Below, piece after piece: positions 1-11,765 of a stretch of DNA of 64,000 nucleotides. Each line of letters starts with the position of its first letter. Positions within the stretch are counted from its first letter, which is position 1. The notes under the pieces were generated by a model. It was not told the origin of the DNA, searched no databases, and worked only from the letters and a program-made list of their open reading frames with translations. The stretch spans positions 123,833-187,832 of the forward strand of contig CAMYLY010000003.1 in NCBI GenBank assembly GCA_947259405.1, in the 5' to 3' direction. The translations under genes were made by a program, and so were the position numbers. This DNA comes from an uncultured Gemmatimonadales bacterium (lineage in GTDB: Bacteria > Gemmatimonadota > Gemmatimonadetes > Gemmatimonadales > GWC2-71-9).

Positions 1-2685
<2,685 letters not shown>

Positions 2686-2694
2686 GGAGTCACC

Positions 2695-4242
2695 TCAGGC
2701 CAACGGTACCGACTGGCCGGCCTGGACGTAGGCGTGCTCGTGGGACAGCAGGCCGAGTAGCGCGAGCGGTGCGGCAACCATGACGCCAACCCACGGCGTT
2801 GCCACGCCAACCGCCACGAGCACTAGACCGATTCGGAAGTACCACCGGTGGCGGCCCCAGGTCATTTCGTGGGTCGCGAGGCGTGCGTGAGCCGTCGGGT
2901 GACCCATGGTGACTTCACCAAGGACGAACAGCACGTGGAGAGCGCTGGCGGTGGCCAGTGTAAGCACAAGCGCGGGCCCAACGTCCCCATCCGTGCCGGC
3001 GCCGATCAGCAAAAGACTCGCCGAGCCGGCCAGCACCGCCTGGACCAGCAGGTGTGGAGGCAGCAACGTGTTCTGCCAAAGGTCGCGGGCTCTGGCTTGT
3101 GCAAAGAGGTAGGCGGTGTAGACGGCCGTCATCGCGGCCAAGGGAATGCCTGCGATCATGAGCCATTGGTTGAATGCGGTGGTTCCCGTGACCGCCCCGA
3201 AGAAATGCGCCGCGAGCATGGCGGCGTACCCACTGATGATGTAAGCGCCGCGCACCAGCCAGCTGCGCCATTGCGATCGCGTGAAGATGAGATAGAACCG
3301 TGCGGGATGTTCGAGATCCCACAAGAGCACAACGCCTGTCACAGCGAGAAACACACCGCCGACGATGGGAGAGACGAATCGCCATAGCGGCGCGTCCGGT
3401 CCAATCCATCCGAGCAGCACGAGCACGGCCGGTACCAGGTACGCGCCCGCGGCGACGCCTTTGGTCCAGGTGTAAAGGGAAACCCGCCAATCCCAAGGTG
3501 CGGAGTGTGGAACGTCGTAGCTGAGCAGGGCGGAGGCCGACGAGGTACCCGGGTTGGGATGTCCTGAGACCACATGGTGTGAACTTTCCAGCTGCTCGCT
3601 CCACATGAAGAGCCCGCCCTCCGGTCGTTTCGCGGCGATCGGATCGAGTGTCACCTGGTGCGCATCTCTGTAGAACAACTTGGGCCGGGTTGCTTTTTCT
3701 GGGCGACGCACAGTCACGGTGTCACGGTTGATTAGGCGGGACACCGCAGACGTCCCGTCGTGCATGTCGCCGACGAGGATCGCCTGGGTCGGGCAGACGA
3801 CCACACAGGCCGGCTCGAGTCCGATATCCAAACGATGCGCGCAGAAGTTGCACTTCTCGGCCGAGTGGTCGTCCGGATTGATGAAAATCGCATCGTAGGG
3901 GCACGCCGCGATGCAGGCCTTGCATCCAATGCAGATGGACTTGTCGAAGTCTACGATGCCATCGGGCCGCCGGTGCATGGCGGTCGTCGGGCAGGCCTCC
4001 ACACACGGCGGATCCTCGCACTGGTTACATCGTGTGACCTGATACGCCCGGCGCGCGTCAGGAAACACGCCTACGTCCACGTACTTCACGTGCGTGCGGT
4101 TGACCGAGAGGGGGACCTCGTTTTCCGACTTGCACGCCGTAGAGCAAGCGTGACATCCGATGCACCGGCTGTGGTCGATGACCTTGGCCCACTGGGGTGG
4201 AAGGTCAGTTCGCACCGGCGATGCGAGATCGATCACGGGCAA
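2695..4242 (-). CDS. Fused four-cluster [4Fe-4S] ferredoxin subunit (PsrB/DmsB-like) plus NrfD/PsrC-like polytopic membrane anchor
   Basis: 515-aa ORF. The N-terminal ~200 aa carry four Cys groups: CIGCHACSTAC, CNQCEDPPCVEAC, CIGCKACIAACP and CNFCAHR...CVVVCP. The C-terminal ~300 aa are multi-helix hydrophobic (WTKGVAAGAYLVPAVLVLLGW, IISGYAAMLAAHFF, LLVQAVLAGSASLLLIGA). It lies directly upstream of the MopB subunit on the same strand. Confidence 0.85.
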   Translation of the reverse strand: MPVIDLASPVRTDLPPQWAKVIDHSRCIGCHACSTACKSENEVPLSVNRTHVKYVDVGVFPDARRAYQVTRCNQCEDPPCVEACPTTAMHRRPDGIVDFDKSICIGCKACIAACPYDAIFINPDDHSAEKCNFCAHRLDIGLEPACVVVCPTQAILVGDMHDGTSAVSRLINRDTVTVRRPEKATRPKLFYRDAHQVTLDPIAAKRPEGGLFMWSEQLESSHHVVSGHPNPGTSSASALLSYDVPHSAPWDWRVSLYTWTKGVAAGAYLVPAVLVLLGWIGPDAPLWRFVSPIVGGVFLAVTGVVLLWDLEHPARFYLIFTRSQWRSWLVRGAYIISGYAAMLAAHFFGAVTGTTAFNQWLMIAGIPLAAMTAVYTAYLFAQARARDLWQNTLLPPHLLVQAVLAGSASLLLIGAGTDGDVGPALVLTLATASALHVLFVLGEVTMGHPTAHARLATHEMTWGRHRWYFRIGLVLVAVGVATPWVGVMVAAPLALLGLLSHEHAYVQAGQSVPLA

Positions 4243-4255
4243 TTGCTCTCACGCA

Positions 4256-4570
4256 TTAGAGGTCGCAGGTGCGGATGCTACCGAGAATGTGTTGGACTTT
4301 CGGTTCGATGATCCGATAGTACACGTAAGTACCGTCTCGTCGACTCTCCACGACCCCGCGCGATTTCATCGTTGCGAGTTGTTGGGAGACAGCGGCTTGC
4401 GAGGCGCCCGAGTATTCTTGAAGCTCGGTCACGGTCAACTCGCCGTCTTCCAGCGCCTCTAAGAGCCGAAGGCGCAGCGGGTGACCCAGGCACTTGATCA
4501 CATTGGCAGCCCGCTCGAGCACGTCGTCCTGAATGCTCACGGCGCCCCCTGGTGATGTGGTTGGGTTCAT
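4256..4570 (-). CDS. ArsR/SmtB-family winged-helix transcriptional regulator
   Basis: 104 aa. It has the family signature KCLGHPLRLRLLEAL...LTVTELQEYSGASQAAVSQQLATMKSRGVVESRRDGTYVYY. It is the first gene of the molybdoenzyme operon and is divergent from the SulP gene. Confidence 0.85.
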   Translation of the reverse strand: MNPTTSPGGAVSIQDDVLERAANVIKCLGHPLRLRLLEALEDGELTVTELQEYSGASQAAVSQQLATMKSRGVVESRRDGTYVYYRIIEPKVQHILGSIRTCDL

Positions 4571-4597
4571 AAGTCCTCGCTCACAGAGGGACGGATC

Positions 4598-4639
4598 TTG
4601 GGATTATTCAAATATTGCATTATTACTATTTTTGTGCAA
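4598..4639. promoter_or_regulatory. AT-rich divergent promoter/operator region between arsR-like and sulP-like genes
   Basis: This is the only strongly AT-rich tract in the 83-nt spacer. Plus strand: TTGGGA (4598-4603), 17 nt, TATTAC (4621-4626), upstream of the GTG at 4654. Minus strand: TTGCAC (complement of 4634-4639), 17 nt, AATATT (4611-4616), upstream of the ATG at 4570. TATT words recur at 4605, 4613, 4621 and 4627. Hexamer assignment is by eye only. Confidence 0.35.
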
Positions 4640-4653
4640 GGTGAGATCACCAA

Positions 4654-6183
4654 GTGAGTGAGATCAGAGGGATTTCCGGCTCGGACGTCGTGGCTGGGGT
4701 CAGCGTGGCGTTGCTGCTCATTCCGCAATCGATGGCTTACGCCGGATTGGCGGGTGTGCCTGCCGTCCACGGGCTCTATGCTGCGATGCTCCCGCCGCTT
4801 GCGGCGGCGTTCTTCGTTTCGTCGCCGTACTTGCAGACCGGCCCGGTGGCTATGACCGCAGTGCTCTCATTCGGTGCCCTCTCGACGCTGGCCACCCCGT
4901 TGTCCGCGGAGTATGTGGGGCTCGCGGCGTTACTGGCGCTCGTGGTCGGCGTGACGCGCGTGCTGATCGGTATGGCTCGCGCGGGATTCGTGTCGTACCT
5001 GATGTCGCAGCCAGTCCTCACGGGGTTTTCGTCGGCTGCCGCACTACTCATCATCTCGAGTCAGCTTCCTGTTGCGCTCGGGGTCGAGAACGCCCGAGCC
5101 TCCCTACTCCCCGGGGCTTTGCTGGCCTTACTGGAACCGGGCGAATGGTCCACGATGGCGATCGTTCTCACGGGTGGCACGATAGCGGTCGTCGTGTGGG
5201 GTAAGCGTATCCACCAGCTGTTCCCCGGCGTTCTCGTCGCGGTGCTGGCCGGCCTCATCTACTCACTCGTGAGCGGTTATGAGGGTCAAACCGTCGGCAG
5301 CGTGCCGTCGGGCCTTCCACCGTTCTCCATCCGACTGCCATGGGAGCAAGTCCGGCACCTGATCGTTCCGGGAATCGTGATATCGCTCGTCGGGTTCGCC
5401 GAGCCAGCAGCGATTGCCCGGACGATCGCGACGAAACGACGTGAAGTGTGGAATGCGGACCGCGAGTTCGTGAGCCAGGGGGTGGCGAATCTTGCCGCTG
5501 GCCTTTCCGGGGGATTCCCGGTTGGTGGGTCGTTCTCGCGCACCATGGTCAACGTGACCGCTGGTGGGCGGAGCCGCTGGAGCGGGGCGGTCAGCGGCCT
5601 TGCGGTCTTGGCCTTTCTCCCGTTTGCCAACTCGTTGGCGGCCCTTCCACAGGCGGTGTTGGCCGGTATCGTGATCGCGGCGGTGGCGCAGCTTGTTGAC
5701 GTCCGCTCGCTGGTGACGTTGGCGCGCACCAGCCGGTGGCAGGCCGTTGTGGGTCTGGCCACGTTCGCATTGACCCTGGTGCTGGCTCCCCGGATCGACC
5801 TGGGCGTGCTTTTGGGCATCGGCTTGGGGGTGGCCGTGCACCTGTGGCGCGAGCGGCGGGTGGAGGTACTCACGCGTCTCGATGGCGACACGTTATGGCT
5901 CGAGCCGGTCGGCGTCCTCTACTTTGGATCCGCGCCTCGGCTGGAGGATGTGCTTGAGGCTGAGATGGCGGCGCACCCCGAAGCTCAGCGACTTGTCTTG
6001 GACCTACGGCGCGTCGGTCGGCTTGATTACACGAGCGCCATCGTGATCCGGCGTATCGCGACGGCTGTCGAAGAAGCCGGGCTCAGCGTCCGCATTCTGG
6101 CTGGCAAACCGCCCCAGGGGCAGCGCCTCCTGGAGCGGTTGTTGGGACCCGAATCACCATGGCTTGGGGACACACGCGGCTGA
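4654..6183 (+). CDS. SulP-family anion (sulfate) permease with C-terminal STAS domain
   Basis: 509 aa. N-terminus: ISGSDVVAGVSVALLLIPQSMAYAGLAGVPAVHGLYAA (SulP signature). It has many TM helices. The C-terminal soluble ~110 aa (LWLEPVGVLYFGSAPRLEDVL...LVLDLRRVGRLDYTSAIVI) are STAS-like. Confidence 0.85.
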   Translation: MSEIRGISGSDVVAGVSVALLLIPQSMAYAGLAGVPAVHGLYAAMLPPLAAAFFVSSPYLQTGPVAMTAVLSFGALSTLATPLSAEYVGLAALLALVVGVTRVLIGMARAGFVSYLMSQPVLTGFSSAAALLIISSQLPVALGVENARASLLPGALLALLEPGEWSTMAIVLTGGTIAVVVWGKRIHQLFPGVLVAVLAGLIYSLVSGYEGQTVGSVPSGLPPFSIRLPWEQVRHLIVPGIVISLVGFAEPAAIARTIATKRREVWNADREFVSQGVANLAAGLSGGFPVGGSFSRTMVNVTAGGRSRWSGAVSGLAVLAFLPFANSLAALPQAVLAGIVIAAVAQLVDVRSLVTLARTSRWQAVVGLATFALTLVLAPRIDLGVLLGIGLGVAVHLWRERRVEVLTRLDGDTLWLEPVGVLYFGSAPRLEDVLEAEMAAHPEAQRLVLDLRRVGRLDYTSAIVIRRIATAVEEAGLSVRILAGKPPQGQRLLERLLGPESPWLGDTRG

Positions 6184-6311
6184 CTTCTTGCTAAACAATT
6201 CACTTCGAATTCATAAGACGATTAGAGATTTCGGGCGTCTGGACGAGGTCGTACCCCCAACGAGGAGGAAGGGTGGGGACTGGAGCACCGTAAGCCGCTA
6301 CGGTCCAGGCA

Positions 6312-6340
6312 TTTACACCGGTGCAATGTTCTGCTACGAT
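6312..6340 (+). promoter_or_regulatory. Candidate sigma70-type promoter for the glutamate dehydrogenase gene
   Basis: TTTACA (6312-6317), a 17-nt spacer, then TACGAT (6335-6340), about 30 nt upstream of the ATG at 6373. Pattern match by eye only. Confidence 0.35.
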
Positions 6341-6372
6341 GTTCCGTCTTTGGTCACCCCTGCTACCTAACG

Positions 6373-7773
6373 ATGTCAGCAATGCCAGCGAAAAAAACCC
6401 AGAAGAACAAGCCCCGCCTCAAGGCCATCAAGCCCCACTCGGCGGAAGACCTCAATCCCTATCACATCGCGCTCCGCCAGTTCGACAGCGCGGCCGAGTA
6501 TCTGCCGGGCATTCAGAATGGGTTGGCGGAGAACATGAAGCGGCCCGATCGGATGATTCTGGTTGAGTTTCCGATCGAAATGGCCGACGGGTCGGTGCGA
6601 ACCTTTGCCGGATATCGCGTGCTTCACAACCGTGCGCGCGGTCCAGGCAAGGGCGGCATCAGATACCATCCCGGTGTCACGGCGGATGAAGTGCGGGCGT
6701 TGGCGTCCTGGATGACCTGGAAGTGCGCCATCGTCGACATTCCGTTCGGCGGGGCAAAGGGTGGGGTGGCATGCAATCCGAAGGAGCTGACGTCCAGCGA
6801 CGTTCGGAAGATCACGCGGCGCTTCATTGCTGCGCTGGGTGACAACATCGGACCACATACGGACATCCCCGCCCCCGATGTGAACACCAACGCGGGCACT
6901 ATGTCTCGGATTTACGACACGTATCAGATGATGCACGCCGGCGAGAATTGTCTCCCGGTCGTTACAGGCAAGCCCGTCGAGCTCGGTGGCTCGCTGGGAA
7001 GGCGCGAGGCCACTGCCCGCGGCTGTCTTTTTGCGACGCAGCGGGCGCTGGAACGGGGTGTTGTGGAGGGTCTGGACTCCGTCGACGGTGCCACCGTTGT
7101 CATCCAAGGGTTCGGCAACGCCGGGTCCATTGCGGCGCAACTCTTCGCCGAACAGGGATCGAAGATCGTGGCAGTCAGCGATTCGCGTGGCGGCATCTAC
7201 GATCCCAACGGAATCGACGTCGAGGCCGCCATCGAGCACAAGGCCAAGAGAGGATCAGTCGTCGGCTTGGCGGGAACGGAAACGCTCACGAATGAAGAAT
7301 TGCTCGCTGTCGAGTGCGACATTCTCATTCCCGCAGCGCTCGAAAACGCGATTCGGGAGGACAACGTCGACAATATTCGAGCGCGCTTCATTTCAGAGGC
7401 TGCCAACGGTCCCACGACCCCCGGGGCCGAGGATATCTTGTTCAAACGTGGGCTTCCTGTGCTGCCCGACATTCTCGCCAACGCGGGCGGCGTCACGGTG
7501 AGCTACTTCGAATGGGTGCAGAACATCGAAAACGAGCAGTGGGATGTCGAGGAAGTCAACGGTAAGTTGCTCAAGAAGATGCGCTCCGCGACCGACGCCG
7601 TGATCGATACTCAGACGCGCGTCAACGAGAACTTGAAGGAGATCGAGCGGTCGCGTGAACGAGCCGGGCTGCCGGCGAAGAAGCTCACACCGGTGAATCT
7701 GCGTAAGGCGGCCTTCGTCCTGGCGATCGAACGGGTGGCGGACGTCACCCTGGAACGCGGTATCTGGCCGTAG
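6373..7773 (+). CDS. gdh: NAD(P)-dependent glutamate dehydrogenase (Glu/Leu/Phe/Val dehydrogenase family)
   Basis: 466 aa. It has the catalytic Lys-region motif DIPFGGAKGGVACNP and the dinucleotide fold VVIQGFGNAGSIAAQ, and ends TVSYFEWVQN. Confidence 0.9.
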   Translation: MSAMPAKKTQKNKPRLKAIKPHSAEDLNPYHIALRQFDSAAEYLPGIQNGLAENMKRPDRMILVEFPIEMADGSVRTFAGYRVLHNRARGPGKGGIRYHPGVTADEVRALASWMTWKCAIVDIPFGGAKGGVACNPKELTSSDVRKITRRFIAALGDNIGPHTDIPAPDVNTNAGTMSRIYDTYQMMHAGENCLPVVTGKPVELGGSLGRREATARGCLFATQRALERGVVEGLDSVDGATVVIQGFGNAGSIAAQLFAEQGSKIVAVSDSRGGIYDPNGIDVEAAIEHKAKRGSVVGLAGTETLTNEELLAVECDILIPAALENAIREDNVDNIRARFISEAANGPTTPGAEDILFKRGLPVLPDILANAGGVTVSYFEWVQNIENEQWDVEEVNGKLLKKMRSATDAVIDTQTRVNENLKEIERSRERAGLPAKKLTPVNLRKAAFVLAIERVADVTLERGIWP

Positions 7774-7803
7774 CGAGTCCTCTCCGCTCCGGGGCGCGCG
7801 TTT

Positions 7804-8277
7804 CTACTGAACCGTCTCCGCGGCGAAGTTGATCACGTCGGGCTGGACAAGGCGCGCAAAATCCTCGAACGCCAGTTGGATCAACTCCGTGTGCGTGCCG
7901 GCGTTGAACGCAATCACGTCGTCCTTCGTGAGATCTTTGGCGACGTACACCCGCATCCCGTAGAGATTCCCGAACGGCGGCATGGCGCCCGGCTCGCAGT
8001 CGGGGAAGCGTTCGGCGAACTCCCCTTCAGTCGCGAGTTCAACCAGGTCGGCCCCGATCGCGGCACGAAGGACCCCGAGCTCCACGTGCTCCGATGCCGG
8101 CAAGACGGCCATCGCGAGGTTGCGATCGATCTTGAGAATCACCGTCTTGGCCAGTTCTTGACCCGGGATGTGAGCTGACGCGGCCACTTCCTGCGCGGTG
8201 TACGCCGGCGAATGTCGGATCGTCACGTACCGGACGCGGTGCTCATCCAGAAAATTCTTGAGTGTTTTGATCGGCAT
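7804..8277 (-). CDS. YbaK/ProX-like aminoacyl-tRNA deacylase domain protein
   Basis: I trimmed the ORF-track 209-aa ORF to the internal ATG at 8275-8277 (MPIKTLKNFLDEHRVRYVTIRHSPAYTAQEVAASAHIPGQELAKTVILK...). The 52-aa upstream extension is Cys/Pro-rich junk. Fold assignment comes from sequence resemblance to the YbaK/EbsC family. Confidence 0.7.
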   Translation of the reverse strand: MPIKTLKNFLDEHRVRYVTIRHSPAYTAQEVAASAHIPGQELAKTVILKIDRNLAMAVLPASEHVELGVLRAAIGADLVELATEGEFAERFPDCEPGAMPPFGNLYGMRVYVAKDLTKDDVIAFNAGTHTELIQLAFEDFARLVQPDVINFAAETVQ

Positions 8278-8444
8278 AGTGCGCTCCTGGCCGTTGTGTC
8301 GGCAGCCCGTCCCACCAATACAGTCTGACCGGTGAGGTGTGAACCGAGGGTGAAACGACTTCGAATCCGCCACGGGGGGAGAGGCGTTCGCTTCCGAGGG
8401 GCAGCGAAACATGCACATACTGCAATTAATCAATATCTGAGTTG

Positions 8445-8474
8445 TCGAAAAGGGGCACGGGAATCCGTGCCCCT
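8445..8474 (-). terminator. Rho-independent terminator after the DUF4097 gene
   Basis: The minus-strand transcript reads AGGGGCACGG-ATTC-CCGTGCCCCT followed by TTTCGAC, a 9-10 bp GC stem plus a T run. It lies 23 nt after the TAA at 8497-8499. Confidence 0.6.
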
Positions 8475-8496
8475 CCGCTCCTGATAGAACAGGGGG

Positions 8497-9417
8497 TTAA
8501 CGGGCCCTGAGCGTAATGCTGCCGTCGCCCGTTTCCGCGGTGATCTTCGGCCCACCGCCCCGCAAGGTGCCGCGGATCCACCGATTGCGATATTCGCCGT
8601 CAAACTCAGACATCGGGATGACCGCGACCTCCTCGCCCGAGAGATCGATCTCGACACCGAGGGTCCCAATGTCGATCGTGATATCGCCGTCACCGGTCCG
8701 CAGTGTGGTGGCGGCCGCGCTCGTGAGTGTGACAGTGATGTCGCCGTCGCCACTGGACGCGAGCAGCTCGCCCGTCGCCTGGCCCACGTGCACGTCACCG
8801 TCTTGGGTGGTGATCTCGATCCGCGGCGCCGTCAGAGTCTCCACCCAGACGTCCCCGTCATCGGTCTGAAGCACGACCTCCGGGCCATCCACCGCCTCCA
8901 CAGCGATGTCGCCGTCGGAGCTCGCCACGTTCACTCGCCCCGTCAACGCCGCGAGTCGTACGTCGCCATCTTCCGTCGAGACATCGGCATGCACCGCTCT
9001 CGGGACGTCGATCTCCACGGTGACCGTGAAGAACCCATGTTGCCGCCAGTCATTACGATCGAGACGAGGATCTCGAGCCCTGATGTCGACGCGGTCCTGT
9101 GATCCTGTGGCTTCGAACTGCATGCGATCGAAGGCCTCTTGTCCCCAGTCCATGTCCCGAGCCTCGAGATAGACCCTAACGCGAGCGCCGTCGCCAGTGT
9201 GAGAGGTGACGACAATGTCACCGTCTGCGACGTCGACATCGAGTTGCCCGCCCGAGGCCAGCGGGAACTCTCGCTCGAGAATGAGCTCACGTGGCTCCTG
9301 GTGGTCATGGCTCACCGAAAACAGCCCGGGATGGTCTCGCTCGGCCGGTAGCGCCCAAATGCTTAATCCAAGGGCAGTTGCGCCAAAGCTGATGATGGCG
9401 ATCGAAGTGTCTTTCAT
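8497..9417 (-). CDS. Membrane-anchored DUF4097-type (putative adhesin / beta-helix repeat) protein
   Basis: Trimmed to the ATG at 9415-9417 (MKDTSIAIISFGATALGLSIWAL, an N-terminal TM helix). Repeated DGDI/DGDV strands (ADGDIVVTS, EDGDVRLAA, SDGDIAVEA, DDGDVWVET, QDGDVHVGQ, GDGDITVTL, GDGDITIDI, GDGSITLRA) are typical of DUF4097. Confidence 0.7.
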   Translation of the reverse strand: MKDTSIAIISFGATALGLSIWALPAERDHPGLFSVSHDHQEPRELILEREFPLASGGQLDVDVADGDIVVTSHTGDGARVRVYLEARDMDWGQEAFDRMQFEATGSQDRVDIRARDPRLDRNDWRQHGFFTVTVEIDVPRAVHADVSTEDGDVRLAALTGRVNVASSDGDIAVEAVDGPEVVLQTDDGDVWVETLTAPRIEITTQDGDVHVGQATGELLASSGDGDITVTLTSAAATTLRTGDGDITIDIGTLGVEIDLSGEEVAVIPMSEFDGEYRNRWIRGTLRGGGPKITAETGDGSITLRAR

Positions 9418-9470
9418 GATGGCTCCGTGGGGATCTTGGTCAGTTAGATAGCGCCCAGGGCCAGAACGTT

Positions 9471-9500
9471 GAAAGGGGGCCGCGGTTTCCCGCGGCCCCC
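9471..9500 (-). terminator. Rho-independent terminator after the lipoprotein gene
   Basis: The minus-strand transcript reads GGGGGCCGCGG-GAAA-CCGCGGCCCCC followed by TTTC. It lies 24 nt after the stop at 9525-9527. Confidence 0.55.
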
Positions 9501-9524
9501 AAGGACTACACTTGAGCGGACTCC

Positions 9525-10592
9525 CTAGACGTTGAACAGGAAGCCCACCGGGTCGAACAGGTTCTCCCACACGTCGAAGGCATCCTCGACGAAGTCAAAG
9601 AGCTCGCGCAGCACCTGGGCTTCGCGCTCCGACAGTGGTTCACCGTTCGCATTGAGCACCTCGATGCTGGTGAGCGTAAAAGTCAAGGTCGCGAACAGTT
9701 CGCCGTTTCCGAAGACCTGAAGCGTGCCCATCCCGTCTTGGATGCTGCCCGCGATCCGCACTGTATTTTGCCCGTGCGAGACGGACACGTCGACCGTGAT
9801 CGATCCGCCGCTCTCGTTCTCCGCAAAGCTCACGTCGGCACTGACGCTGAAGTCACGCGCATCGACACCGATCGTGTACATGATGTCGACGGTGGTGCCT
9901 CCAATGTTCGTCTGGGTGGCGATAGACAGGTCGAAGTCCGCCACGACCTCGCCGTCCGTGATGAAGCCAACAATGGAGAAGCTGGGCGCGGTCGGTGGCC
10001 CGGCGGCCGACACGAGGTAGTCCACATACGTCACGCCACCAGAGACCACCACCAGCCGCACGGCCGCCGTGGTCTCGGTACTCTCATCGAGCAGCTCGGC
10101 GTGGCCGATCTCGATCAGCGGCTCCACGATCTCTTCCGTCACAGGGTTGACGGCGTACAGCAGGAACCGAATCCCGTTCGCGGGCCCTGTCTGGGTTTCG
10201 TCGACCACGTAGCCCACGCCGGGCTCGAACTTGAGCACCAGGGCTCGATACTGCTGCGGGATGAGCTCGACGGCCGCCGCTGACGCGTACGCCATCTGGA
10301 TTTGCCGGGCGGCAGCTTCCAGGCGCGTCTCGTAGTCGGGTGCAGTCGGACGCGATGCCGCACGCAGGAGCTCCGCGGAGGCCGAGGCTGGAGCGCTCGT
10401 CACGGTGAACTGGTTGCCTAGGGCCGCGAGACTCAAGAAGGCTTCCGTCTCGAACGTGGAATCGATCGCAGCCAGGTCCTGGCTTGTCAGATCGGGATCG
10501 AAGGCCTGTTCGCCGACTCCGAGCGAGTCACCGCAGGCCGCAACGGCGACGGCCAACCCCAGAGCCGCGAACTTCTTGAAACGCTGGATCAT
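9525..10592 (-). CDS. Hypothetical lipoprotein
   Basis: Trimmed to the ATG at 10590-10592, which is preceded by GGGGGA. The N-terminus MIQRFKKFAALGLAVAVAACGDS is a signal peptide with an AVAAC lipobox. I recognise no other family. Confidence 0.6.
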   Translation of the reverse strand: MIQRFKKFAALGLAVAVAACGDSLGVGEQAFDPDLTSQDLAAIDSTFETEAFLSLAALGNQFTVTSAPASASAELLRAASRPTAPDYETRLEAAARQIQMAYASAAAVELIPQQYRALVLKFEPGVGYVVDETQTGPANGIRFLLYAVNPVTEEIVEPLIEIGHAELLDESTETTAAVRLVVVSGGVTYVDYLVSAAGPPTAPSFSIVGFITDGEVVADFDLSIATQTNIGGTTVDIMYTIGVDARDFSVSADVSFAENESGGSITVDVSVSHGQNTVRIAGSIQDGMGTLQVFGNGELFATLTFTLTSIEVLNANGEPLSEREAQVLRELFDFVEDAFDVWENLFDPVGFLFNV

Positions 10593-10675
10593 TGGTCCCC
10601 CAATTGAGTTCATGGGGACAATGTAAGACTGTCGGTAGTGCAGTTCCGTGACGCGGCGCACCGGAGGCTCGTGAC

Positions 10676-11707
10676 CTATTCCCCCCGGGGTCGATTAATG
10701 GAGCGGTAGAGTTCCTGGGCGCGCTCCCGGCTCTCGAGGTCCCCGAAGACCTTCTCACCATCAAACCGGCCGTTCTCGATGAAGACTTCGGAGATCCGCC
10801 GTCCAGTGGTGGGGCTCCCAGCCAGATATACGCGCGGCACGTTCGTCTCGAGGGTATCCGAGTTGAAGGTGGGCCGCCCGGAGTCGACATCGTATTCGAT
10901 CCCGATCCGCTCGAAGAGGTCGAAGTCGGGATGGAACCCGATCATAGCATACACACGGTCGGCCTGGACCTCGACCTTGCTGCCCTCGGCCGTCTGCACC
11001 GAAACATGCGTCGGTGTGATCTGGCACACACGAGCGCCGAGATGGGCGGCGATCTCACCGAAGGCGATTCGGTTCTCGATATCCGGCCTGAGCCAATACT
11101 TGACGGACTTCGTAAACTCCGCCCGTCGGTGCACCAAGGTTACCCGAGCACCAGCTCGGAAGAGCTGAAGTGCAGACTCGACTGCCGAGTTCTTCCCCCC
11201 GATCACCACCACGTCGAGTCCGTAGGCTTCGTGTGCCTCACGGAAGTAATGAGACACGTGCGGAAGGTCTTCGCCCTCGACGCCGAGCGTGTTGGGATGG
11301 TCGAAGTAACCGGTGGCCAGCACGAGTCGGTCGCATGTCCATGTCTCTTGACCGTGCCGCGTTTCGACGGTGCATGCGATGTGGGCGGCGGCGGGTGCCG
11401 CGTCGACCAGGCGCGTGTAGGTCTGGACGCGCAGTTCCTCCGCCCGGGTGACGCCGCGGTAGTACATGAGCGCCTCTTCGCGCGTGGTCTTGGGTCCGGA
11501 GGAGACGATGGGGTGATTGCCGATTTCGAGTCGCTCAGGGGTCGTGAAGAACCGCATACCGATTGGATAGCCGACAATGGAGTTGGCAATCGCACCGCTG
11601 TCGATGACCATGGGATCGAGGCCGCGGCGTTTCGCCGAAATGGCGCACGCAAGGCCAATGGGGCCCGCGCCCACGATGAGTGCGTGTTCGTGTCGGGTGT
11701 CTGGCAT
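10676..11707 (-). CDS. ypdA: YpdA-family FAD/NAD(P)H pyridine-nucleotide disulfide oxidoreductase (putative bacillithiol disulfide reductase)
   Basis: 343 aa. It is collinear with Bacillus YpdA as I remember it: ALIVGAGPIGLACAISA, FFTTPERLEIG, LATGYFDHPN, DVVVIGGKNSAVESAL, GFHPDFDLFERIG, VFIENGRFDG. Confidence 0.8.
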   Translation of the reverse strand: MPDTRHEHALIVGAGPIGLACAISAKRRGLDPMVIDSGAIANSIVGYPIGMRFFTTPERLEIGNHPIVSSGPKTTREEALMYYRGVTRAEELRVQTYTRLVDAAPAAAHIACTVETRHGQETWTCDRLVLATGYFDHPNTLGVEGEDLPHVSHYFREAHEAYGLDVVVIGGKNSAVESALQLFRAGARVTLVHRRAEFTKSVKYWLRPDIENRIAFGEIAAHLGARVCQITPTHVSVQTAEGSKVEVQADRVYAMIGFHPDFDLFERIGIEYDVDSGRPTFNSDTLETNVPRVYLAGSPTTGRRISEVFIENGRFDGEKVFGDLESRERAQELYRSINRPRGE

Positions 11708-11765
11708 GTGTTCGCAGTCTGTATCTGGTGGTCAGCCGTGCGGTTGGCGCATGGCCGCGTGCAAT

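Noticed and set aside
8278-8433. N-terminal extensions of several ORF-track ORFs (8433, 9570, 10661, 12946, 35663, 35615, 40937, 48000, 48432)
   Set aside because: The extensions are Cys/Pro/Arg-rich or overlap neighbouring genes. Internal starts give proper signal peptides or family-typical N-termini, often with an SD or an ATGA overlap.
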